A stretch of DNA of 63,879 nt, counting the filler, from Licmophora abbreviata (taxonomy: Eukaryota): NCBI GenBank assembly GCA_900291995.1. It is 8 parts of 8 records of this genome, joined end to end, with 100 filler letters (N's around TTAATTAATTAA, not from the genome) between each part and the next. Parts side by side here need not be neighbours in the genome. Positions count along the whole stretch, not along the records: positions 1 to 13,214 come from OLMU01003672.1; 7 more parts are not named here. One strand, written 5' to 3'. The position numbers and the translations under genes are program-made. Below are positions 1 to 11,610 of this stretch, one piece after another. Within the stretch, counting starts at the first letter, position 1; every line of letters begins with the position of its first letter. Below the pieces are notes generated by a model, which saw only the letters and a program-made list of their open reading frames with translations, did not search any database and had not been told where the DNA came from.

Positions 1-385
1 TTTTTAAATTTTTTCTCGCCTCTGCTAATGGCGCGCCGGTGCATCATAGCGGTGCTGATAGGTCTCACGTAGCGTTCTACATGACTGGAGTACTAAATAA
101 TTGTGAAGCAAGGTCATAGGAGAGAGAGCAGCACAGTTCATTGGCCGCGACTTTGGTGGCTGTTTGGTGAAGCTCATCGTCGTTGTTGAAGCGTTTCCGA
201 ACCTCTTGTGGATAAAAATACTAAAATTAGAGTGGTAAGAGGCTGTCTGTGGAAGGGGAAACCCGGGGTACGCAGGAGTGAGAAAAAATTGCGAGTTTTG
301 AACGTCCACTGCTTATTGTGCGCACATCATTGGGCATCATAGGTATTCTGGAAAGACTTCTAGTACTGCTTCTAAAGCTAGTACA

Positions 386-3300
386 ATGAGTGGTGCAGTT
401 GATAACAATGACGGTAGAATTGTTTTCGAATCTTCGAGCGATTCTGATCAATTGTCACCACCTAGTCACTACGGCCTCGCACGCAGCCCGTTGCCTCCCA
501 ACAAGAAGGCACGCGTATCAGAGGGCAGTCTCTCACACGAGAAGAACAAGAAACCGGATGCCGACGGTTCGACCGATTCTGGATCCACAATTTCTGCTCG
601 TCATAATCAAGTGTTCAGCATAAAACCAATGTCAGAGGCGATTCGAAATGCCAAGAAAGATGAAGCAATGCCAGGTGCAGTGGACCTTCGAGACAGCAAG
701 GAGGCGACTGGCCACGTGACGTTTGATGCAGCTGCTCTGACAAAAAAGCACGCACCCCAGTCGCCCGAACCATCGACAGATGAAGACGACGAACCGGCGG
801 AAATCGTGACCAAGTATGTTAAACTGGAAGAACTGGTCGACGATGCCAACATGGGTTTCCCACAACTATCTGGCCATGACGTTCGCGAGCTCGAGAAGGC
901 GCTTCAATTGAACATTGACAACGAGGAGGAAGGATGGCGAACTGACTGGGGTGGTAATCTTGACCTTGCGTTTGAGCGAATCCCGAATCCAGAGTCGCCG
1001 ATATCATGGGGGGATCTCCACAAATCCCTTATCGACTGGGCCCCGACCAGTGCCTTCAATCACCTGATGCTCAACAAATTTTTGGCGCACATCCACAACA
1101 TGCAGGAGACGCCACCCTCAGCCAAGCGTCTCATCCGTGCGGCATATTTAGCAAATAGAAAGATACCGAGAGGAAACGTCAAGGAGCTTATCCAACGAAT
1201 TTCGTACGATCCTGATGTATTGCGCGAAGACGGCTGGATAACACAAAAATCGGCAAAACCGGAAGGTGCCTCAGGCGGACCCCACCGCATTGGATCAAAA
1301 ATCATTTGGGACAATTATGAAGCTATTGTGATCGCCTTTGTACGCGACCCCGATATGGGCGACCTTTGGAAAGCCCTGTATCCAGAGGACGGGGAGTCCT
1401 TTGACATTGAGGCCGACGAGCTAGACCGAGGGCTTCGCAGGTGGAAAAGGAAGCATGGCACTGGCAATGCGCCCCGTGAGCGACGGGAAAGTTCTCGATA
1501 CGTTGATACGTCGAAGTTCACAGTGGAAGGCATCGAGCACGGCATCGTGTTAGCACAGACGAATGCCAGAAATGCACGACATGGAGTACTCTGGCCCGCC
1601 CGCATCGAGCATGTGTCCGAAATACGAGAGCTCGGGAAGCGTAGTTCCGCCAAGCACAAAATCCATGTCATGTTTCTGGCCCCGTATTGGAATGCTGATG
1701 ACCGTGGCCAAGCATGGAGCCATGAAGCGCAAGGTGAAAATATCTTCTCGGAGGAACTGGTGGAAATTTCCGAGGAAACGATCCAACCGTACCCGGAAAA
1801 TTACGAGCAGGGATTGCATATTGATCGGCTTCGTAACACCTTTCGGTTCACTGGACTACCAAAAAGCACGTTCCCACGTTTCCTAGACAGTCATCGTCTG
1901 GCAATGGGATTGAAGATGTACGCGAAAAAAGAATTGAAGACTCATTCCTATACAGCCAGCGCTCCTCTTTTTGACACTCATCCGTTGTCTATTCTGACAG
2001 CAGAATTTCCTCCTTCTGTCTTGCATCTGCCCTTTGGGTACATTTTATCAAATCTGCGAGCTCCAGGAACGGAGCAGCAGGGGCGAGCGGCAGTCGAACC
2101 CGCCGTGGACATCGCCTGCATTTTGAAAGGGATGGAACCTCCGAGCTGTTGGGGGCAGACACCAGGGGATCAACCATTGCCCATGGATGGAGCATCAAAC
2201 AAATTCGGCGCCAAGAGGAAAGCCGAGACCTTATTTTCTGACCCTTTCTCGATTTCTTCAAAACACAAAGTTGTGAAGCGTGCCCCAGCCTCCCGTCACG
2301 TCACAGTGGACAATATCACTAGCGTGTATTTAAAACACGAACTTCATCGGCTGAAGAGCTGTTTTCCTATTACGCAGCTCTCGAGCAAGCTTGAGGGCTT
2401 GGTCTCGCAGCTATGGAATGAAGATGTCGCCGATGTTGCTCCGTCGCCAGTTGAATGGACGAAGATTTCTACTTTTTTGCGCGATTGCCTTCTTGTCAAG
2501 GTAAGTTCTGGGTGACGCTGACTTGTTTGAGTACAACGCTTTCTAATGTATCTGCTCTTCTGTTTAAATAGGGTCATGGAGAAGATATCATCGGCTCTCT
2601 ACCGGACGGGACCCAGATTGATAGATCGGCCCTTACACAAGAATGGAGAGAAACATGTGAGCGACTATACAGGGAAGCATCCTGCCAGTTTTCATGGGCC
2701 GGTTTTGGGAATGGCGCAACTGTCGTAATTTCAGACTCTCGATGCAATGAACACATCACGTCAAGTGGCGCCTATGAACGCCCTGTTCGTCTCCCTGCGG
2801 CTCTCAAAGCCAGTCGTTTGGCAAAGGCAGAACTATCCGATGGTGCGCTTCACATCTTACCAAGAGTCAAGGACAGCTACATGGAGGCAGCGAAACGCAT
2901 CATCCCGAAGGCACATAGCATTCCGTATATTGAACGGATCAAACTCAGATGTTCATCACTTCCACCGGAAGCAATCGGCGAGCCGCTTACTGAGAATAGT
3001 GAGGGCGATACGAGTGAGTTTTCTAAACGCATCGAACGACCAGGCCTCCTCAACGTTTCTCTAACCCTCCGTTGCTTTACTAGCTGGTGCTCGTGGATCG
3101 TTCACCGCTGCACTTGCAGGTGTAGCAGCAGCTGTCAAAGGCGTCGACATGATCGTTGGGGGACAATGCGTTAATGTCTTTTGTGCTACACGCCCACCGG
3201 GACACCATGCTGGACGAAGCATGCACCCGATGAAAGCCACCTCCAATGGATTCTGCATCCTAAATCCCGCAGCATGTGCTGCCTTGTATGCTGCAACACC

Positions 3301-4170
3301 TGTGTCGGAGGGCGGGATGGGTCTTCGACGTGTGTGTGTAATTGACTTTGATGTGCATCACGGCAACGGCACTCAGGATGTCTTGTGCTCGACCGAAGAC
3401 CCTCGATTCCTGTACGTGTCGCTTCATGCTGGAGGTCCCCAGTACAATGGCTATGAGACGGAAGAGACTCAGAAGTTGGATATCGATCAAGCGTCGGTTC
3501 AACAGCCCGAGGGATCTTTCCCGGACGGTGCGGAGATACATCACCCCACAGGGGAGTCCTGAATATTCCTCTTGGAGGAAGATTCACTGCTGTTGCTGTC
3601 GGAAATGCATTGGTTTCAAAAGTGGCCCCAGCCGTGGAAGACTTTTCCCCGGATCTGATTGTTCTTTCTGCAGGTTTCGATGGGCATGCCTATGATCCAC
3701 TGCGACTGGGCGCCCTCTCTGCCGAAGACTATGGACACATTACCAATGTCGCCTGCGACATGGCCCACAAGCTTTGCGGCGGGCGCGTGATTAGCATCCT
3801 GGAGGGCGGATACGGCGTTCCATGCTGTAGGCCTCAGGAAGGTCTGTTTCTACCGCCGTCATCATTGACTCATCTCGATTCCTCTTCGCAGCTACCGCAC
3901 AGCTCATACTCAGGGCAAAGTACATCGCAGCCGATACAGACGGCTAGACCGCAGCCGAACCAATTTGCCGATCTGGGGCCCGATCTGCCAGACGATATGG
4001 ACGACCAGGTGACGTACGAGCTACAGAAGAGTCTTGATAAATGCCACGACGAGGGATTCGTGGACTGTGTGAAAGCACACGTGAGATCTCTTGGCTCCAA
4101 CAACCGGCGGATTAGCGCTACACAGGCAGCGACAGACGCGGCACTGGAGAATGGCAGTCGTGTGAGATAG
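386..4170 (+). CDS. PWWP-like domain + class II-type histone deacetylase; spliced (introns 2501-2571, 3014-3083) with an unexplained frame break at about 3435-3510
   Basis: HDAC motifs RPPGHHAG, NGFCILN, DFDVHHGNGTQD, SAGFDGH..DPL and LEGGY. The N-terminal half has 'GVLWPARIEH...IHVMFLAPYW' (PWWP-like). GTAAGT..TAG and GTGAGT..TAG introns join the ORF pieces in frame. Confidence 0.85.
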
Positions 4171-4249
4171 ACGTGTCTCTAGAGCGAACAATAATAATGT
4201 CGAATCTTATACTGGTGATGCTTGGTTGTCTTTGTTGATTCGTCTACTT

Positions 4250-5251
4250 TTACCACCTTTGCCCGGGAGCCAGCTTGGACACGTCAACGCTAATGACATC
4301 GGGACCCTCCTTCTGTTTGGTAACAACACTGTAAAAGTACGCCTTCGTTCCACCCATGCTGCCCAACACGCCACGCGTACCCTCCTGTCCAATGCACCGT
4401 TGAATACGCTCATATCCATCATCCCCTGGGTCAGGATGAATGAACGTCTTGACAGACCGATCCGCATTGTACAGCAGCATGGGAAACTTGACGGTGCTAT
4501 CAGGAGCCGCCGCAATCTGAATCTTGACAATGGAGTTGTCATTTTCTAGGGTGCCGTACTCTTGAAAGCGCAAAATTGCTTGATAGGGTAGGGATCCACT
4601 CCGATCCGCGGGAACATCGAGAAACGCATGAACAAAATTTTTGTTGTTGGCTGTGCTGCTGATGGAGGAGCTCTGTTCGTCTTGATGGTTGTCTGGAAGC
4701 GCTGCTTGCTCGACCTGCCTGGCGGCAGCCGCCTGCGAATACTCACGTGCCAGCGATCTCACCGAGCCATCCCCTACTGTAAACATGGATACCGTGCCAT
4801 CACTGTTTCGCGCGCTATTTCGCTGCACCAGCTCGGCCACAGCCGCCGTCTCGGCGCTGCAACTACTGCTGCCATTCGAATTCGTGGAAGTCCGCTGATT
4901 GGCTTTTTTCCATACCTTCTTGACATCGTTCAGGGGAACGGACGCGAGAAACTCAAAATTCGAGTGTTGACTCAGCGTTTCGGTAATCTCGGCATGAACT
5001 TCTTTGGCGCTGGCGTTTGGCTTAGAAAAGCGAATGGCTCGCACCAGCTCTGTAAGTTCGGCGCGTGTGCAAGAAGCACTGTGACTTTCGGCACTAGTAC
5101 CACCAGAAGTAGTGGTAGCGGCTGCTAAAGTACAAGATACGCAAGGGTACATACAACAGCAGAGAAGCGTAAAACACGTGAGTTTCTTCCAAAAGACACC
5201 CTCTATTCACCAAACCGTCCCCTTACCCTCGTTCGCTTGTTCCGACGACAT
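4250..5251 (-). CDS. hypothetical protein; short first exon (MSSEQANE) and intron 5125-5226
   Basis: 300-aa ORF 4250-5152. An upstream ATG exon with a G|GTAAGG donor and TTTAG acceptor splices into its frame. Confidence 0.7.
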
Positions 5252-5851
5252 CGTGACGATGTATGTTGCTCCGAGACAATCTCCAGCAGCAGCAACAACA
5301 ACAATAACAACAACTGTAGTGCATTGGACACAAAATTCAACTAAATTGCGAGCTGTTTCGAAATTGCTGGACAGCCAACAGTTCACGGTCGAAATCGCAC
5401 TTGACACGGAAACCATGCTTGTCGATTCGTCCGCTTGCCGAGCACAAAGTTGACGTGGCCGTACAACTTGAAGTTCAAGGTGGATGCGATATGTAAATAT
5501 TTTATATATGTATAAATATCGCTACATATTATATTGTCCGAGTGTCAGGATTCTCATCCTCGAGATCTCAGATCTCCAGATGCCTTGTTCGACCCGCGAA
5601 GCCGATGAAAAATGCAAAAGCCATTGAGGTGCCAAGAGGGGGACGAAAGAGTGCCAGAAACCCCTAAAAGAAGTATAGTGGGAACTAGGGCAAACTAGAA
5701 AATCTACGCAATAAGAAGATAGCTACTTAAAAAGTAGAAAAACGTTATGAGAATCAGTCTCCTTGCTAAAAGCTGAGCAAGGAGAGAACGCAATCGAGAC
5801 TTCTATCCAGTCTCTGTTGTACATATGATGTACACACAATGTGTGTCTCCT

Positions 5852-6853
5852 TTATCGCTGTTGTTGATGCGTTGATGCTTTTAGAAATGCATCCAAGAGC
5901 ATCATCTTGGCCACTCGCATACGTTCCATTTCTTGCTGCTCCTTGAGCGCAGCCTGAATCAAGGCTGGATCGGTCGGTAGCAGAGGTACCAAGGGAGTGA
6001 CGGCGCCGAATGTGGCGCCAAGCAGAGACGATAGCTGAAGAGCAGGAGATGCTGTCGCCGCTACGTGCTGGAGTTGACTAACGAGCAGTGCGTTTGGGGT
6101 CATGGGAGACTCGGAGCGACTGTCGGCCGAGCCAATAGAGACGGCGTCAGTTGGTTTGGTGGGTGTGGAAGTTCCGGCGCTTTGCTGTTGGGTGGCCATG
6201 CTGGAGTCGTCGGAGGAATTTCCAGCCGAGTCGGAGACTTCCGCTGCATGTTCCATCCTGCGCTTCTTGAGGGGAAGTTGCTTGGGAGAGGACGGTTGCT
6301 TTTTGATTTTGGGGGCCTTGTTCTTCCTGGACTTTTGGCAGACCATGTCGAGACAGAGCTCAGGTTGCCCTTGACGAAAGAGAGGGTGATGAAAGGCTCC
6401 TGTATCAGGTCCTCGTGTGGCTTGACGAAAGCCCCAACGATTTAACTTTCTTGTAAAGGAGGGATACTTGGTGGAGCTGCCACGAGACGAGTCTGAGGGC
6501 ATGTACTTGGGCAGAACCTGTTCGGAAAAAACGTCCGGACGGAGAATGACAAAAGAACGACCGTGCGGTAGCCAGGACACGACATCACTCAGCGTGTCGT
6601 CGGAGAGGATGCTCATGAGGCGTTGTGGAAAGATGGCCTTCTTGGAGTTCTTGCCGGCGGAAGAAGAAGAAGAAGTGGCCTCATCGTCGTCCGAAATCAA
6701 GGACCGTTCCGCTTCTTGCTGTATAGAGGCGCTCGCGGAGGGCGAAATAGCGACCGGCGTCTCTCCGAGCTTCGACAGGGCTGTCGCAGCCTCCATGAGG
6801 TGAGACAGGCCTCCTATGGAAGACGACATGGCTGCTATCGACGAAGACGACAT
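5852..6853 (-). CDS. heat shock factor (HSF-type DNA-binding domain) transcription factor
   Basis: FPQRLMSIL...VVSWLPHGRSFVI...SFTRKLNRWGF...FHHPLFRQGQPELC is the HSF winged-helix signature; also a PLKKRR NLS-like motif. Confidence 0.92.
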   Translation of the reverse strand: MSSSSIAAMSSSIGGLSHLMEAATALSKLGETPVAISPSASASIQQEAERSLISDDDEATSSSSSAGKNSKKAIFPQRLMSILSDDTLSDVVSWLPHGRSFVILRPDVFSEQVLPKYMPSDSSRGSSTKYPSFTRKLNRWGFRQATRGPDTGAFHHPLFRQGQPELCLDMVCQKSRKNKAPKIKKQPSSPKQLPLKKRRMEHAAEVSDSAGNSSDDSSMATQQQSAGTSTPTKPTDAVSIGSADSRSESPMTPNALLVSQLQHVAATASPALQLSSLLGATFGAVTPLVPLLPTDPALIQAALKEQQEMERMRVAKMMLLDAFLKASTHQQQR

Positions 6854-7007
6854 GGTTCAATCTTCAAGCGGCCGTCGCCTTGAAAATGGGCTTTGTGAGT
6901 GTCGCTTCGAGTGTCTTTCTCAGCTGATTTTCCTGAGCTTCCACCAATCAGATCGCGCTGTTCGGCCACCGTGTTTCCTTTCTACTGTGCTGTCAACGTG
7001 AGAGCAA

Positions 7008-7227
7008 GATGACGTGTTGAGCCATACGGACATGGCGTAGAACCAACGGGGTTCTCTGAAGTTTGAGAAGGAAATCCCACTCACGTGGACTTTTTTCAGC
7101 GTACGTACTCGTACAAACCATAAGTGAGAGCGAGTCTTCCATAAGTGTTTCTGACACCAAACAGACGGAAATGCTTATGTACATCGGAATGCTCGGGACG
7201 TCCCAATTAATGATCCCGATGACGTCA
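7008..7227. promoter_or_regulatory. bZIP/G-box-type site cluster in the divergent HSF/CBS promoter
   Basis: TGACGTG at about 7010, CACGTG at 7082-7087 and palindromic TGACGTCA at 7220-7227. Confidence 0.35.
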
Positions 7228-7489
7228 AGTGAAAAAGTGAGACACAAACATGAGCTCTTTCTTGCGGAGCTCGAATTGAATTCCGAAAAAGCGGCGTCAA
7301 CCTCCGAAAGATCTTCGGAATGGATCGAGAGTGATGTCAAAGAGAACGGCAGACAACGCGAACCCCATCTTGAATCGAATCTACCTGTCACCTCTTTGTC
7401 ACAAAACAAAAACAATCCTAGACTGCAACAGAGAGCGGACAGTTATAATAATCATTCTTATCATACAAACTTGATTCCATCACCCGCTC

Positions 7490-8545
7490 ATGAACGAATC
7501 CGATGGCAGCCTGACAGCCTCAAAGCTATTTGACAACGCCGTCAAAAATCAAACGGTCGCAGCCGTCTTGCCAAACCTGGCGAATGTGGTCCAAGTCGAC
7601 GCCAGTGCCACGATGCTCGAAGCAGCCAATCTTCTCTGGAACAACAGCTTGCTGGCACTTCCCGTGTGGGATGATGTGGACAAGAAATACATAGGATTCT
7701 TTGATATGAGAGACATTCTTCGTGCGATCATTCAAGTACAAGACAACAACAACAACAGTAACGGCAGTCGAGTCGAGGAAAGTGTAGCTTCCGACGACGA
7801 CGACGACTTTGATGAGCTTCTTTCCAAGACGTTGCAGGAATTGACTCTTTCATCAGACCACGAGAATTCGCTCAAGTCTCTTGCGGCCAGGCGTCCAGTC
7901 TACACCATCGGCCCGGACGACTCCCTCGAAGCGTTGTGTCAACTCCTCTCCAAGTTCGATTGTCGGCGTGTACTGATTTGTAGTAAACCATCCGGCGAAC
8001 GCTGTTCCGACATGGTCTCGAGATCGACTCTCATCAAATTTCTTGCTTCAAAATTGCCGAACGTCACTGGGACATTGGACCAAGCCGGGTTGGACTATCG
8101 CAAAGAGGTCGTTTCCATTCGAGACGATGCATCGGCCAAGGAAGCCTTTGAACTCATTTTGTCCAAGAAACTGTACGGCATAGCGGTAGTCGACGAAGAC
8201 GGCGGCTTGCTGGGAAACACCAGTGCCCGAGACATCAAGCTGGTGGCCTTGTACAAGGGATGCAATGCCATGGACATGGACATTCTATCCTACTTGGCTT
8301 CTGTGAGGCAGGAGGACTCTGTCGAGAATGGGAAAAAGGCAAAGTACCCGGCGTGCAATGTGCGCGAATCGACGACCGTGGGACATGTGATGAGTTTGCT
8401 GGCCAAGACTGGATATCATCGTGTGTTTGTCACGAATACGTACGTGGAACCGGTCGGTGTCATTTCGGAGCAGGATATCCTGTGCTTTCTGTTGGAGAAG
8501 GGCAAGTTACAGCTGCCTCATGATCTGCCGGATCTTGCCGAGTAG
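7490..8545 (+). CDS. CBS-domain protein (about 4 CBS repeats, AMPK-gamma/SNF4-like)
   Basis: Repeated CBS motifs ALPVWD..YIGFFDMRDI, GIAVVDEDGGLLGNTSARDI and HRVFV...PVGVISEQDIL. Confidence 0.85.
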   Translation: MNESDGSLTASKLFDNAVKNQTVAAVLPNLANVVQVDASATMLEAANLLWNNSLLALPVWDDVDKKYIGFFDMRDILRAIIQVQDNNNNSNGSRVEESVASDDDDDFDELLSKTLQELTLSSDHENSLKSLAARRPVYTIGPDDSLEALCQLLSKFDCRRVLICSKPSGERCSDMVSRSTLIKFLASKLPNVTGTLDQAGLDYRKEVVSIRDDASAKEAFELILSKKLYGIAVVDEDGGLLGNTSARDIKLVALYKGCNAMDMDILSYLASVRQEDSVENGKKAKYPACNVRESTTVGHVMSLLAKTGYHRVFVTNTYVEPVGVISEQDILCFLLEKGKLQLPHDLPDLAE

Positions 8546-8710
8546 TGGGCGCTGTGTACTAGCAGCAGGTCTACTGATGGATACGGCAGGCCAGTGGGCG
8601 TTTATGTTTATGTTTTGGTTGTGGTCGTGATTGTGAAACTTGTGTACTTCGCAGTAGACTTGTAATCAGTGTAGATCACGTGCATTATGCTTTCGAAACG
8701 CAAGTTACGT

Positions 8711-9214
8711 CTACTCGGACTTTGTGGATGGCGCAAAGGATCGCGCCACTACACTACTGGGAAAAAGATCACCTACGGCCGTTGAAGGATCCTTGAATGC
8801 CGCTTTTTCTTGTTCGGTGTAAAACTTGGCAAATGGGGCTTGTTTCATGGGTACAAATCGCGCTCGCTCATATTCCAGAATGTACTCCGCCTCCTTGGTT
8901 ACTCGCGCCAGCTTGTTGCCATATGCCATATCGGCAAGGTTCCCCAAAGCAATCGCCCCGACGAGCGCCGGTACGGCAACCAGAGGAGAAACAGCCTTCC
9001 CCGCTAACCGTGCTGCAGTAGCCCCAGAGACAAGAGTCACCCAGACGCTTCCAAAGATCTGCAAGCTGTCTCGTGCCTTGGCAATGTTGACCGCCATTTG
9101 GACTTCTCGCTGTAGCATGGCGCGTTTGGCTACTTCATGCTCTATGTTTCCCCGGATCCGCTCTCCGAACGAAACAACTTCCTTCGGCGGCGGCTTGCTA
9201 TTGGATCCTCCCAT
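8711..9214 (-). CDS. PLGRKT: PLGRKT/DUF2368-like small membrane protein
   Basis: QREVQMAVNIAKARD, two hydrophobic segments and DMAYGNKLARVTKEAEYIL; MGGSNS is a myristoylation-like start. Confidence 0.7.
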   Translation of the reverse strand: MGGSNSKPPPKEVVSFGERIRGNIEHEVAKRAMLQREVQMAVNIAKARDSLQIFGSVWVTLVSGATAARLAGKAVSPLVAVPALVGAIALGNLADMAYGNKLARVTKEAEYILEYERARFVPMKQAPFAKFYTEQEKAAFKDPSTAVGDLFPSSVVARSFAPSTKSE

Positions 9215-9600
9215 GAGGCTGAAGATATTTCGTTGCTTTCTTGATACAGTAAGAGACTGATTTCCTTTCTCTTTCTTGCTATGTTGATAAGAAAGTGTTC
9301 CTTTCGGTTCGTTTGAGAAGATGTTTCGGCCAATCTTGGACTCATTCGACCAACAATAGTTTACGCAAAGTCACGACGAACATCACCATGATAGACTACA
9401 ACCTAACACTGCAAGTACAGAAATACAAAACAAAGGAGCTACTTAAAGCAGTAACGCTGCATCTTACGAGCAAAACAACCTACCCAGCAAGTTCCTCCAG
9501 CAGGGATCCCGGCAACAGCGACGGCGACACCGATCGTTGGAAAATTGAGTCTCTCTCAAGGCTCATTGTTGTCGGTCCATGCCATCCAGCCATGTAGACT

Positions 9601-11133
9601 CTAGTCACAGGAGCCACATGTGACCGGGCATTCTTCAATCGCGTCCGACCTGTCGCAGATTCTCGCCACATTCGCAGTCTTGCCTCGACTCAGCAACTTG
9701 GTGAGCCAGGCACAGTTCCTGTCCTTATTTCTCCATTCAAACGGGTTCGACGGATCTTCTGCGCAGTCATCTGTCTCGTCGTCTTCGCAGGATCCGCACG
9801 TGACCGGACATTCGTCAAAGGCATCTGACCTATCGCAGATGCGTTCTACATTCACGTCCTTGCCTTGACTTAGCAACTTGGTGAGCCATGCACAATCCCT
9901 GTCTCTGTCTCTCCACTCAAATGTGTTGGACTCATCTTCCGAGCAGTCACCACCACCCCGCCGCCACCGTCGTCACCCCCATCCTCATTTCCGTTACACG
10001 TAATGGGAATGACTGGAGGGTAGGGGACGGGTGGGAGAGTAGCGACCGGACCTGGAACAGCCGCGATGAGCGTTCCCGTGGTGGAATCTCGGGAAAGAAC
10101 TCTGACATTATCGATCGGTTCCGTAGTGATAGTACTCGTATCGAGGGGCGGTGGTTGAAAGGCTTGGATCTTGCGAAGGTTGCTGTCGAGCGTACCACAG
10201 GCGCTTGATACCTTGGGAGTGTCCTTGAAGGTGAGAAAGTCTTCACACCACTGCATTTTTAATGAAAGAGCGAACAAAAGAAACAAGAGAAGGAAAAAAG
10301 TCATGAGCAAATACAATCAACCTGATGTGTCGCTCATCACTGCAAGTAGCTAGTATAGATCGCACTACTTCTACTGTCGGTAGTATGATTCCAGTACTTA
10401 CAAAGTTGGGGAAGCTGGCGAAGCTCTCATTCTGACAACCGTCCAAGACGCCTTGTAGGAACGCCTGATCCCATCCATTAATGTAGTCCGCGTGCAGTCT
10501 TGTAGAGCCGTCTGCGAAGATATGAGTACCTCCAAGGTAGGGAGAGACTCGGACAAAGAATTCAATCAGTGGGATGCGACGGGGATGCGACGGAGGACAA
10601 TTTCCTATCTCCTCCACACTGCCGCTTGAAAATTCGACATGCTTCTGCTCCGCATCTTCCAATGCACCGTTCCAGCAATCGGGAAAGAAGATGGAGAGCT
10701 CGAGCTCGTCCTGTGGTTCTTGTGGTAGTAGACCGCCCTCTCTGCCGTAGGTGATCATCTTGAAGCCAGGGGGGAAGGCTTCCGTTTCGCCCGTTCGGAA
10801 GATGTAGTATGCACTCCCCATGTACATGTCTACCAAGTGGTGTCTGCCTTGATTGTCCACACGATAGATCGTGGGATGCCAGTAGAGACTCTGGTTCTCC
10901 TCTACATTCCCACTCCCACCATAGGCATCCAAGAGATCTTGATATTTCGTCTCTGGACGAGCAGCAGTAGCTCCATAGAAGGTATGGACATGGTCCGAGA
11001 GCGTCGTCGGGTTGACGATAGGGTCGGTACGGACGTCGGCGAAGGGCAAAAAGTCCATCTTGATGCTCGTGGCGTCCACCGTCGTCCAGGCGGCGAGGCC
11101 GAGGGTGAAGCAGAAGAAGAGGGATGCGGACAT
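9601..11133 (-). CDS. secreted DUF1996-family protein with two C-terminal ShK-like six-Cys repeats; intron 10251-10401 and a frame break at about 9946-9975
   Basis: Signal peptide, then RTDPIVNP..SDHVHTFYG, NQSLYWHP, FPPGFKMI, FPDCWNG, CPPSHPRRIP and LHADYINGWD (DUF1996). Two C..C..C..CPVTCGSC repeats follow. Confidence 0.8.
9604..9945 (-). repeat. tandem duplication of about 180 bp encoding two ShK-like modules
   Basis: CSEDESNTFEWRDRDRDCAWLTKLLSQGK...CPVTCGSC versus CAEDPSNPFEWRNKDRNCAWLTKLLSRGK...CPVTCGSC. Confidence 0.8.
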
Positions 11134-11610
11134 TTTATTGCCGCAATGTCATCAATTTTGAAGTAGTATTATAATCATCTTGGGGCGTTTAGCTATACGA
11201 TCGATGATGATTGCACTAACTTTCCGAAAAAGTGAGGAGAGCGATGAGAACAGAAAAGACCGATGACACCGGTCATTTCTACTCTGGAATTTTGATTGGT
11301 GAATTACTTCGACGACTCGTGCGACAGATTTAGCTGGACACTCCGAGGCGTGATGGAGATGTTCGAATGTCGACTCGTTAGACTTAATCTGGAGCCTCGA
11401 GACTGATTCGATTCATTCGACTATTTCAGCGTCCGTCCTACACCCGGCATATTCGCGTCATAAGGGATGTGGCAGTGACGGCTTCACGACGACGATCATG
11501 CTGCAGAGAAGTACATAGTTTCGTTGACCGCAGTTCATTCATTCGTTTTGTCTCAATTGTTAGTTTCCATTCTCTGCAATACTACTTGGTATTTTGTGTC
11601 AACAGAAAAA

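Noticed and set aside
7063..7533. 156-aa ORF between the HSF and CBS genes
   Set aside because: It lies in a divergent promoter, has a non-ATG start and shows no protein-like features.
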